Position numbers and translations under genes: made by a program | The notes under the pieces: model-generated | Databases searched by the model: none | What the model was told of the DNA's origin: nothing | Seen by the model: the letters and a program-made list of their open reading frames with translations, nothing else | Source: Myxococcota bacterium | GTDB taxonomy: Bacteria; Myxococcota_A; Polyangia; Polyangiales; Sandaracinaceae | Direction: 5' to 3' | Length of the DNA: 41,862 nucleotides | NCBI GenBank assembly: GCA_036149055.1 | Contig: JAYZQJ010000184.1 | Coordinates: forward strand, 1-41,862 | Part shown: in pieces, positions 26,620-34,845 of the stretch | Position numbering within the stretch: position 1 is the stretch's first letter | Layout: each line of letters begins with the position of its first letter

Positions 26620-28830
26620 TCACTCGTCTTCGTCGACCGCCGTCCGACGGCCGAGCTGCGCCCGGCGCTGACTCGCCTCCCGGTAGACGGAGCTGGTGGG
26701 CGGCACCATCAGGAGCACGCGCCCATAGACCGACATCGCGCGGCTCGGCGGCGCGCCCCGGGCCTCGATCATCATGCCGCGCGCCTGCGCCTCGCAGCCC
26801 GACGCCATCTGCCGGGCCTCGGCGTTGCCCGACTCGACGCGCAGCGCCTGCCGGACGGCCGAGCACGAGGCCACCGGGTTCGATCGCTGCCGGCGGGCGT
26901 CGGCGAGGTAGGCGCGGACCACGTGCGGGCGCATGCGGTCGCGGTACTGACCGCTCCGCGCGATCTGCCGGTCCAGCGCCATCGCCTGCTCCATCTGCGG
27001 CCGCACGCTCGCGGCGAAGCGCGCGCCCGAGACGCGGCGCCAGAGCGACCCGAAGCGATCGATCCGGCCGGCGAGCGCGGTCAGGTCGCTCCGCTCGCGG
27101 CCCGACGCCGACGTGGCCATCGAGCGCGCCGCGGCCGCCGCCCGGGAGAAGTCGCCGGCGAGGTACGGGGTGATGACCGCGCTGCGGTCCCGCGACCGGC
27201 CGCGCGATCGCCCCCGCCGCGGCCCCCGGCGCCGGCCCCGCGACACCGCCCCCGCTGCGTCGGCGTCGGCCTCGTCGGCCTCGGCCTCGTCGTCGGTCTC
27301 GTCGCTCTCCGCCTCGTCCGACTCTTCCTCGGCCTCGGCCGCGACGTCCTCGCCGGTGCGCATCTGGATCTCGTTCTCGAAGGCCCGGACGAGCGCGCTC
27401 TCGGCGTCGATGTTCCGGGCCTGTCCGAGGTGATCGCGGGCGTCGTCGAGGTTCCCCTCCATCAGCGCCCGGCGCCCCGCCTCGATGTGGGTGCGCACCT
27501 GCGCCGTGCGCGCCCGCTGCGCGACGCCGCGCGCCTCGCTGGCGAGCGGGCTGCCCTCCGGCACCGAGGTGGCGAGGCTGATCGCGCGGTTGTCGTCGCC
27601 CGCCTCGAGCGCCGCCCGGGCCTGCGCGATCGACTGCGCGTGGGTCCGCGCCTGCGCGATCCGCCCGAGGTAGTCGGTGGCCCGGGGGTTCTCGCCCTCC
27701 TCCACCGCCTCGCGGAACGCGGCCTCGGCCTCGTCCCATTGATGCGCCTGGTAGGCGCGCACCCCGCGGTCGTAGGGGGCGTCGGCGTCCACCAGCGTGA
27801 CCGCCTCGGGCTCGTCGTCGCTCCCGGCCCGCAGCGCGAGCAGCGCCACCGCGGCCCCGAACATCGCGAGGAGCAGCGCGCCGGCGAGCAGGATGGCGAG
27901 GAACACCGGCCGGGGCAGCGTGATGGCCCCCGTCTTCGCCGGCGTGCGGCGCGTGTGCGGCGACAGCGTGTCCGACGGGGTGAGCTCCGGGCTGTAGCCC
28001 GGCCCGTTGGGGATCGCGAAGGGATCGGCGGGCGTGCCCATCGGCGCGGGCGGCGGGAGGCTGCCCCCGATGTGGCTCTCGTCGGTGTTGGCGTCGGCGC
28101 CCCGGGCGTCGAGCGTGTCGACGGCGGCGAACGCGGCCCCCGGCGTGCGCACGACCAGGGTGGTCTCGCCGAGCTCGATGCGGTCTCCCTCGGCGAGCGT
28201 GGCGGTGCTGACCTTCTTGCCGTTGAGCTGGGTGCCGTTGCCGCTGCCGAGGTCCTTGAGGATGAGCTCGCCGGCCTGCCGGATGATGCGGAGGTGGCGC
28301 CGGGAGACGGCCACGTCGGCGAGGATCACGTCATTGTCGATGCCGCGACCGACGCCGTTCTCGCCCTCCTGGAGCACGAACTCGCGCCCCTCGTCGTTGC
28401 CCTTCTCGACCAGCAAGAAGGGCTGCCCGGGCGGCTCCTCGAGGATGGCGGTGCTCGCCTCGGCGAGGAGGTGGCTGTCGTCGATGCGGGTGGTCTCGCC
28501 CTCGAGCTCGTCCTCGAACTCCGCGAACGCGTCGGCCGAGTCGGGCGGCGCCGGCGGAGGCGGCACGTCGAGCGCGTCGTCTTCCAGGCTCGGCAGGCCG
28601 CCCGAGCTCGGGAGGGTCCGGATGTCGCTCGTCTCGTGCATCGCGGGAAAACTTCGTCCCGGTGGGGGAGGCACCACGACCGGCGCCGGCTTCTCCTCTG
28701 CGGGGAGATCGGTCTCCTTGCTGAGCCGATCCTCGAGGCGGTCCATGAAGGCCTCGCCCCCCGCGGTGTCGCCGCCAGGTTTCGGCACACCGGCCGCGGG
28801 AGCCGCGTGCTTCTTGGAGCCCGTGGTCAT
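26620..28830 (-). CDS. FHA domain, single TM, TPR-like periplasmic protein
   Basis: GVGRGIDND..VSRRH..KDLGSGNGT FHA; TM VFLAILLAGALLLAMFG; helical repeats; GAGGTG SD. Confidence 0.85.
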   Translation of the reverse strand: MTTGSKKHAAPAAGVPKPGGDTAGGEAFMDRLEDRLSKETDLPAEEKPAPVVVPPPPGRSFPAMHETSDIRTLPSSGGLPSLEDDALDVPPPPAPPDSADAFAEFEDELEGETTRIDDSHLLAEASTAILEEPPGQPFLLVEKGNDEGREFVLQEGENGVGRGIDNDVILADVAVSRRHLRIIRQAGELILKDLGSGNGTQLNGKKVSTATLAEGDRIELGETTLVVRTPGAAFAAVDTLDARGADANTDESHIGGSLPPPAPMGTPADPFAIPNGPGYSPELTPSDTLSPHTRRTPAKTGAITLPRPVFLAILLAGALLLAMFGAAVALLALRAGSDDEPEAVTLVDADAPYDRGVRAYQAHQWDEAEAAFREAVEEGENPRATDYLGRIAQARTHAQSIAQARAALEAGDDNRAISLATSVPEGSPLASEARGVAQRARTAQVRTHIEAGRRALMEGNLDDARDHLGQARNIDAESALVRAFENEIQMRTGEDVAAEAEEESDEAESDETDDEAEADEADADAAGAVSRGRRRGPRRGRSRGRSRDRSAVITPYLAGDFSRAAAAARSMATSASGRERSDLTALAGRIDRFGSLWRRVSGARFAASVRPQMEQAMALDRQIARSGQYRDRMRPHVVRAYLADARRQRSNPVASCSAVRQALRVESGNAEARQMASGCEAQARGMMIEARGAPPSRAMSVYGRVLLMVPPTSSVYREASQRRAQLGRRTAVDEDE

Positions 28831-28849
28831 GCCCGAAACACCTCGGGTC

Positions 28850-28904
28850 AGGGTACTTCACGGGCTTTCCCCCCACAAGCGAGCGCACCCGGGGGTGGTA
28901 TGCT
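28850..28904. promoter_or_regulatory. Divergent promoter pair
   Basis: Minus strand: TTGTGG(28873-78)-N17-TACCCT(28850-55). Plus strand: extended -10 TGgTATGCT (28896-28904). Confidence 0.5.
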
Positions 28905-28920
28905 CCGCAGCCGCTCGCGC

Positions 28921-30726
28921 ATGCGTACGGAAACACTCCAGGATTTCGGCCCCTACCGCATCGTCGAGAGGATCGCGACGGGCGGCATGGCCGAGATCTA
29001 TCTCGCGCGCCAGCGAGGCATGGAGGGCCTGGAGCGCGACGTCATCCTCAAGCGCATCCTCGAGGCGCGGGCGGACGACGCGGAGTTCATCACGATGTTC
29101 CTCGACGAGGCCCGGCTGCTCGCCGCGCTGAGTCACCCGCACATCGCCCAGGTGTTCGACCTCGGACAGGTCCAGGGCACCTACTACCTGACCATGGAGT
29201 ACGTGCGGGGGCCGACGCTCGGGAAGCTCCTGGCCGGCGCGCGCGCGCGGGGGGAGCGGCTGCCCCGGCGCGAGGCCCTCGGCATCGGCCTCGCGATCGC
29301 CGAGGCGCTCCACTACGTGCACGAGCGCCGCGACGAGGTCGGCCGCTCGCTCGACATCGTGCACCGCGATCTGAACCCCGCGAACGTGCTCGTCAGCTAC
29401 GACGGCGCGGTGAAGCTCATCGACTTCGGCATCGCGAAGGCGGCGACGAAGGTCTACGAGACGCGCAGCGGGGTCATCAAGGGCACCTACGGTTACATCG
29501 CGCCCGAGCAGCTGATCGGCGAGGCGAAGGTGGACCGCCGGGCGGACGTCTTCGCGCTCGGCATCCTGCTCTACGAGATGTGCGTCGGCGCGCACCCCTT
29601 CGACGTCAGCGACGAGCCCAACCTGATCGATCGCATCCTCGAGGCCCGCTACCGCCGGCCCCGAGACGTGCAGACCGACATCCCGCGCGATCTGGACCGC
29701 CTGATCGCCAGCTGCCTCACGCCCCACCCCGAGGGGCGCCCGGCCGACGTCGGCGTGCTGATCGAGGCGCTCGCGCGGCACCTCGGCGAGCAGGGCATGG
29801 TGCCCACCCAGACCGCGCTGGCGAGCCTGACGCGGGAGCTGGTCCCGGACGACGCGGGGCCGAAGCCGCTGAAGCAGCTCACCCAGCCGATGATGTCGCG
29901 GCGCCCGTTCGGCGAGGCGCCGAGCACCCGGCGGCTCTCGCTGCCCGGCGACCGCCCCGACGGCACCCAGAAGACCGCCATCGCCCGCCCGAGCCAGCCG
30001 CCCGCGTCCCCGTGGCCGGAGGATCTGGACGACGAGCCGCTGACCCTCGCGAGCGGGAGCGACGCGCTGCTCGGGACCGAGGCGATGCTCTCGCTCCCCG
30101 AGCCCGGCGCGGAGCTGCACGAGGACGAGGAGGAGGAGGCGCCGACCCGGCTGATGAGCCTCGCGGACTCGCCCCGCATCAGCGCGCCGCCCGGCGGCAT
30201 GAGCTTCCACGAGGAGACCTACGTGCCGCCGCCGCCCCGGCGTCGCCGCTTCCCGCTCGCCGTCGCCGCCGGGGTCGCGGGCGTGCTGCTCCTGGCGGTC
30301 GGCGCGGGCGCCTTCTTCGCGCTCCGGACGCTGCTTCCGGGCGACGGCCCCGAGCGCACCCTCGACGCGGTCCCGGCCGCCGCCGCGCCGTCCGACGCCG
30401 GCGCCCCGGGCCCCACCACCCTGCGGGTCGTCAGCGAGCCGGTGGGCGCCCGCGTGCAGATCGACGGAGAGCTGCAGGAGGGCGCCACCCCGCTCGACGT
30501 CGAGCTCCCGGCCGGCACCCGCCAGGTCTGGATGCGCCTCTCGCGGGACGGCTTCATCGCGCAGGAGCGCGAGGTGTCGGCGACGGTCGGCGAGGCCCGC
30601 TTCGTCCTGCGGGCGATGGAGGTGGACGCCGGCCCGCCCGACGCCGGCCTCGAGGACGCCGGCCCCGAGGACGCCGGCCGCGCCGCCCCGCGCCGACGAC
30701 GACGCTGGCGCCGCCGCCGCCGCTGA
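28921..30726 (+). CDS. Transmembrane Ser/Thr protein kinase with PEGA-like domain (601 aa)
   Basis: IATGGMAEIY, HRDLNPAN, IDFGIAK, GTYGYIAPEQ; TM; LRVVSEPVGARVQIDG..TPL. Confidence 0.92.
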   Translation: MRTETLQDFGPYRIVERIATGGMAEIYLARQRGMEGLERDVILKRILEARADDAEFITMFLDEARLLAALSHPHIAQVFDLGQVQGTYYLTMEYVRGPTLGKLLAGARARGERLPRREALGIGLAIAEALHYVHERRDEVGRSLDIVHRDLNPANVLVSYDGAVKLIDFGIAKAATKVYETRSGVIKGTYGYIAPEQLIGEAKVDRRADVFALGILLYEMCVGAHPFDVSDEPNLIDRILEARYRRPRDVQTDIPRDLDRLIASCLTPHPEGRPADVGVLIEALARHLGEQGMVPTQTALASLTRELVPDDAGPKPLKQLTQPMMSRRPFGEAPSTRRLSLPGDRPDGTQKTAIARPSQPPASPWPEDLDDEPLTLASGSDALLGTEAMLSLPEPGAELHEDEEEEAPTRLMSLADSPRISAPPGGMSFHEETYVPPPPRRRRFPLAVAAGVAGVLLLAVGAGAFFALRTLLPGDGPERTLDAVPAAAAPSDAGAPGPTTLRVVSEPVGARVQIDGELQEGATPLDVELPAGTRQVWMRLSRDGFIAQEREVSATVGEARFVLRAMEVDAGPPDAGLEDAGPEDAGRAAPRRRRRWRRRRR

Positions 30727-30741
30727 CGCGAGCCCCTCCGC

Positions 30742-32001
30742 TCAATCCCGGGTCAGGGGGAGCTCGACCTCGCTGCGCCCCGGCGCGATCGGCGCGGTGA
30801 AGCGGAGATGCTGGACCGGGTCGCCGCCGTCCCAGGTCAGCAGGGCGACCGAGGCCTCGACGTCGTAGACCATCGGCTGGCGAGAGGCGGGCGGCGCCTC
30901 GTTGGTGGCGTAGCCCTCGACCTGCATGGTCGCCCGGCCGCTCGCGGGATCGTGGGCGAAGCCGTGCACCAGGAGCGACAGCTCGCGGACCACGTCGCCC
31001 TGCTCCTCGCGGTCCGGGAAGAGGGAGATCCGGAACGACGTCAGCGCGGGGGCGGCGTGCGCGGCCGCCGGTCCGTCGATCGTCAGCGCGGTGGTCTCCG
31101 CGTTCGGCCGGCACAGCGAGACCTCGCGGCGGTGCGTGCCGAGGTGGCTCTCCCGGTAGCTCACCGCCCCGACGGCGGGCTCGTTCGGGAGCGCCACCAC
31201 CGCCCAGCGCACGATCGCCCGGGTCCGGGTCGCGCCGAAGCCGCGGTCGAGGGTCGGATCGCCCGAGCGGCCGACCGCGAAGCGCGCCCCGGCCCGGAAG
31301 CGCAGCGTGGTCCCGTCGCGCTCGACTCCGTCGATCCACGCGCCGATGCCGCGGGTCGCGAAGCCGTCGGAGGGGTCGAGGTCGCGGGGGAACGCCGCCG
31401 GCTGGGTCACGTCGCTGGTCAGCTGCAGCCCGTCGAGCACCACCACCACCGAGGGCGCGTCCGCCATGCCGGCCGCCTCGAGGTCGAACAGCGCGGAGGC
31501 CTCGCCCTCGTCCTCGGGCAGGTCCACGGTCGTGGTGCCGCGCGCGATCCGGACGCCTCGCCAGGTCATGCCCGCGTCGGGCGGGCTCGTGCCGCCGAAG
31601 GGGCCGATGGCGGTGTAGGACACCATCACCTCGCCGCCGGGGGCGTCGAGACCGTCGACCTCCCCCTCGAGCTCGGTCACCACCGAGGCGCCGCGCAGCT
31701 CGCTGGACGGCGGGCAGCCCTCCGGGAAGACGGTCCGCGGGAAGACCGACCAGCGCGCGAGGCGGTGCGAGCCGTCCTCCCAGCGGAGGCCGAGGCCGCT
31801 GAGCAGGAAGCCGTCGGTGCAGGTGTTGGTGAGGCCGCGGGCGAGGCCGGCGTCGGTCGGGCCGGCGTCCCGAGCGCAGGGGGCCCGACCGGAGCCGCCC
31901 GCGTCGATCTCGGCGTCGACGCCCCCGTCGTCGGGGTCGGGGGCGGGGCCGTCGTCGCAGCCGACGCACAGCAGCAGGGTGATGCAGAGCAGGCGAAGCA
32001 C
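30742..32001 (-). CDS. Hypothetical beta-rich lipoprotein (419 aa)
   Basis: (V)LRLLCITLLLCVG-C lipobox; CATACT 6 nt upstream; no family recognised. Confidence 0.65.
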   Translation of the reverse strand: MLRLLCITLLLCVGCDDGPAPDPDDGGVDAEIDAGGSGRAPCARDAGPTDAGLARGLTNTCTDGFLLSGLGLRWEDGSHRLARWSVFPRTVFPEGCPPSSELRGASVVTELEGEVDGLDAPGGEVMVSYTAIGPFGGTSPPDAGMTWRGVRIARGTTTVDLPEDEGEASALFDLEAAGMADAPSVVVVLDGLQLTSDVTQPAAFPRDLDPSDGFATRGIGAWIDGVERDGTTLRFRAGARFAVGRSGDPTLDRGFGATRTRAIVRWAVVALPNEPAVGAVSYRESHLGTHRREVSLCRPNAETTALTIDGPAAAHAAPALTSFRISLFPDREEQGDVVRELSLLVHGFAHDPASGRATMQVEGYATNEAPPASRQPMVYDVEASVALLTWDGGDPVQHLRFTAPIAPGRSEVELPLTRD

Positions 32002-32071
32002 GGCGGGAGTATGACCGCCGAGGCCGCTCCTGGCCTCCAATTTGCGGGTGTGGTACGTGCGTCTGAGCGAC

Positions 32072-33151
32072 ATGCGGCGACGACTCTTTCCCCTGATGTT
32101 CGCGTCTCTCCTGGTCTCCGGAGCCTTCGCGCTCGGCGCGGTGGGCTGCGGCGAAGACGACCCCGATCCCGAGCCGAACGGGAACCCGGAGGGACAGGAC
32201 GGCGAGCTGGTGCACGGCCTGAGCGCCGAGCAGCGCGCGGCCACCCTGGCGAAGATCGGCGAGCGCCGGATCACGGTCGGTGAGCTGGCCGAGGAGCTGG
32301 CCTCCAAGGGCTCGTTCCTCCGCACCCGCTACGCGAGCCCCGAGCGGCGCCGCGAGTTCCTCGACCAGATGATCCGCTTCGAGCTGCTCGCCCAGGAGGC
32401 GCGCCGCCGCGGCTACCACGAGCTGCCCGAGGTCGCGCGGACCCGCAAGCAGATGATGATCCGCCGCTTCCTCGAGGAGCGCTTCGCGGACATCACCCCC
32501 GAGTCGATCTCGGACGAGGACGTGCGCGCCTTCTACGAGTCGCACGAGAGCGAGTTCAACACCCCGGCGCAGGTGCGAGCGAGCCACATCCAGGTGCGCG
32601 ACCGCGCCACGGCGCAGCGGGTGCTGCGCGAGCTGTCGGCCAACCCGTCCGACCTCCGCCTCTATCGCCGCCTCGCCGAGCAGCACAACCAGGACGCCGA
32701 CACCCGCGACCGCTTCGGCGATCTCCGCTTCTTCTCGCGCCCGTCGGAGCGCACCGAGAACGAGCCCGAGGTGCCCGACGCGGTGGCCGAGGCGGCCTTC
32801 CAGATCGAGCAGATCGGCGGCATGCACCCCGAGGTCGTGCGCAGCGACGACGGCTGGCACGTCGTCAAGCTCACCGGGCGGCGCGCGGCGATGCGGCGCA
32901 GCCTCGAGGAGGCCGAGCGGCCGATCCGGGCCCGCCTCCACCGCGAGCGGCGCGAGCAGGCGATCGAAGATCTCATCTCCGAGCTCCGCTCGGCGGCCGA
33001 CGTCGAGGAGAACCTCGACCTGCTGAGCGAGGTCCAGATCGACCTGCCCGAGGGCGACTCGCCCACCGTGCAGAACCCGCAGCTCGAGGCGGCGCCCTCC
33101 GGCGCGCTCCGGCCGACCGCGCCGGCCCCGACGGGAGAGGACGAGCGATGA
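32072..33151 (+). CDS. PpiC/parvulin-type peptidyl-prolyl isomerase lipoprotein
   Basis: GAVG-C lipobox; ELLAQEA..G; VRASHI; GDLRFF; GWHVVKLT. Confidence 0.88.
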   Translation: MRRRLFPLMFASLLVSGAFALGAVGCGEDDPDPEPNGNPEGQDGELVHGLSAEQRAATLAKIGERRITVGELAEELASKGSFLRTRYASPERRREFLDQMIRFELLAQEARRRGYHELPEVARTRKQMMIRRFLEERFADITPESISDEDVRAFYESHESEFNTPAQVRASHIQVRDRATAQRVLRELSANPSDLRLYRRLAEQHNQDADTRDRFGDLRFFSRPSERTENEPEVPDAVAEAAFQIEQIGGMHPEVVRSDDGWHVVKLTGRRAAMRRSLEEAERPIRARLHRERREQAIEDLISELRSAADVEENLDLLSEVQIDLPEGDSPTVQNPQLEAAPSGALRPTAPAPTGEDER

Positions 33152-34098
33152 AGAAGAGCCTCACCGCGGCCGCCTTGCTGCTCGCCCTCCTCGCCGCCCC
33201 CCTCACCCCCGGCGCCGCCCGCGCCGAGGTGATCGAGCGCGTGGTCGCCACCATCAACGACGACGCGATCTTCCTCTCGGAGCTCCGCCGCCGCGCCGCG
33301 CCGATGCTCGAGGGCCCGCTCTCGATGCCGACCCAGGCCCAGCGCATGGAGGCGATCGAGCAGCTCTACCGCGAGGTGCTCGACCGGATGATCCAGGAGG
33401 AGCTCTTCCTCCAGGCGGCCGACGAGATGCAGGTCTCGGTCAGCCGGGCCGAGGTCGACCGCGCGATCGCCAACGTGCAGCGCCAGAGCGGGCTCGACGA
33501 CGCGACCTTCTGGCAGGCGGTGCGCGGCCAGGGCTTCAGCGAGGCCCAGTACCGCAGCGACGTCCGCCGTCAGCTCCTGCGCCTGAAGGTGCTCAACTTC
33601 CGGGCCCGCGGCCGGGTGAACATCACCGAGGAGCAGGTCCGCGAGCGCTACGAGATGCAGGTCGCGCGCGGCCGCCGCACCGCCCAGTTCGAGGCGGCGC
33701 AGCTCTTCTTCGAGGTCCCGAGCGGCGCCACGGCGACCGAGGTCGCGCGCATCCGGGCCGAGGCCGAGGCCGCCCGCGACGACATCGGCGCCGCCGACGA
33801 CTTCTGGGCCGAGGGCGGCATGCGGCTCGGGGTCCTGAACCAGGGCGAGCTCCCCGAGGCCCTCGAGGAGGCCCTGCTCTCCCTCGACGTCGGCGAGATC
33901 GGCGAGGTCGTGCGCGGCCCGGCCGGCTTCCACGTCTTCTTGCTGATCGACCGGCAGCAGTCCTCGGCCGACGTCGAGCCGTACGAGGAGATGCGCATGC
34001 CCATCTACCAGCAGATGATGGAGCAGGCGATGGCCCAGCAGGAGGAGCTGCTCCTGTCGGAGCTGCGCCGCGCGGCCGTGATCGACGTCCGGCTCTAG
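33148..34098 (+). CDS. surA: SurA-like periplasmic chaperone/PPIase
   Basis: Signal peptide; IERVVATINDDAI..SEL; LDRMI.EEL; GFHVF; LRRAAVIDVRL. Confidence 0.8.
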   Translation: MKKSLTAAALLLALLAAPLTPGAARAEVIERVVATINDDAIFLSELRRRAAPMLEGPLSMPTQAQRMEAIEQLYREVLDRMIQEELFLQAADEMQVSVSRAEVDRAIANVQRQSGLDDATFWQAVRGQGFSEAQYRSDVRRQLLRLKVLNFRARGRVNITEEQVRERYEMQVARGRRTAQFEAAQLFFEVPSGATATEVARIRAEAEAARDDIGAADDFWAEGGMRLGVLNQGELPEALEEALLSLDVGEIGEVVRGPAGFHVFLLIDRQQSSADVEPYEEMRMPIYQQMMEQAMAQQEELLLSELRRAAVIDVRL

Positions 34099-34107
34099 AG
34101 CCCCTTC

Positions 34108-34818
34108 ATGCAGCTCCCCGACTTCAGCGAGTACGCGTCCGCCGAGCTCCTCTCGGTGCGCGAGGCGGCGGCCGACCAGGCGTTCGTCGAGCTCCGCCCC
34201 CGCGGCGGCTTCGTCGACGGCTACGCCCGCGCGGGCCAGTTCTGCAAGATGCGCATCGGCGAGGCCGAGGGGATCTTCGCGATGTTCTCGGCGCCGGGCG
34301 ACGACACGGCGCGCTTCCTGGTGCGCACCAACAACGCCGAGGGCGGCGAGGCGGCCGACGCGCTCGTGCGGCTCCCGGCCGGGACGCACGTCGACATGAC
34401 CCTCCCGGCGGGAGGCGGCTTCGACCTCGAGCGCGCCCGCGGCAAGGACCTGCTCTTCTTCGCCACCGGCACCGGCGTGGCCCCGATCCGGGCCGCGATC
34501 GAGGCGGTGCTGAAGGAGCGCGACGCCTACGGCGCGATCTCGCTCGACCACGGGCTGCGCAGCGCCGAGCACCTCGCGATCGGCGACGACCTCGCGCGGT
34601 GGGAGGCGGCCGGGGTCGACGTGCGCCTCGTCTACTCGCGCCTCGCGTCGGACGGGTCGCTCACCGGGACGACCGTGCAGGACGCGCTGCACGAGCGGCG
34701 CCCCGACCTCGCGAACGCCGCGGTCGTCGCGGTCGGCCAGTCGGCGATGCTCGACTCGCTGCTCTCCGAGGTCGTCGCCCTCGGCGGATCGCCCGACCTG
34801 TTCCTCAAGAACATCTGA
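34108..34818 (+). CDS. FNR-family FAD/NAD(P)-binding oxidoreductase
   Basis: GQFC.., FATGTGVAPIRA nucleotide-binding loop, V(G)QSAM. Confidence 0.75.
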   Translation: MQLPDFSEYASAELLSVREAAADQAFVELRPRGGFVDGYARAGQFCKMRIGEAEGIFAMFSAPGDDTARFLVRTNNAEGGEAADALVRLPAGTHVDMTLPAGGGFDLERARGKDLLFFATGTGVAPIRAAIEAVLKERDAYGAISLDHGLRSAEHLAIGDDLARWEAAGVDVRLVYSRLASDGSLTGTTVQDALHERRPDLANAAVVAVGQSAMLDSLLSEVVALGGSPDLFLKNI

Positions 34819-34830
34819 TCCTCCCCGATG

Positions 34831-34839
34831 TGGTAGAAG
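34831..34839 (+). promoter_or_regulatory. Putative extended -10 (TGgTAGAAG) for the DUF4178 operon
   Basis: Ends 6 nt before GTG 34846; no SD. Confidence 0.4.
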
Positions 34840-34845
34840 AGCGCC

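Noticed and set aside
26608..28920. 771-aa N-terminal extension of the kinase ORF
   Set aside because: Antisense to the FHA gene; the kinase domain and promoter indicate a start at 28921.
34108..34818. pyrK (dihydroorotate dehydrogenase electron-transfer subunit)
   Set aside because: No C-terminal 2Fe-2S cysteine motif and no adjacent pyrD.
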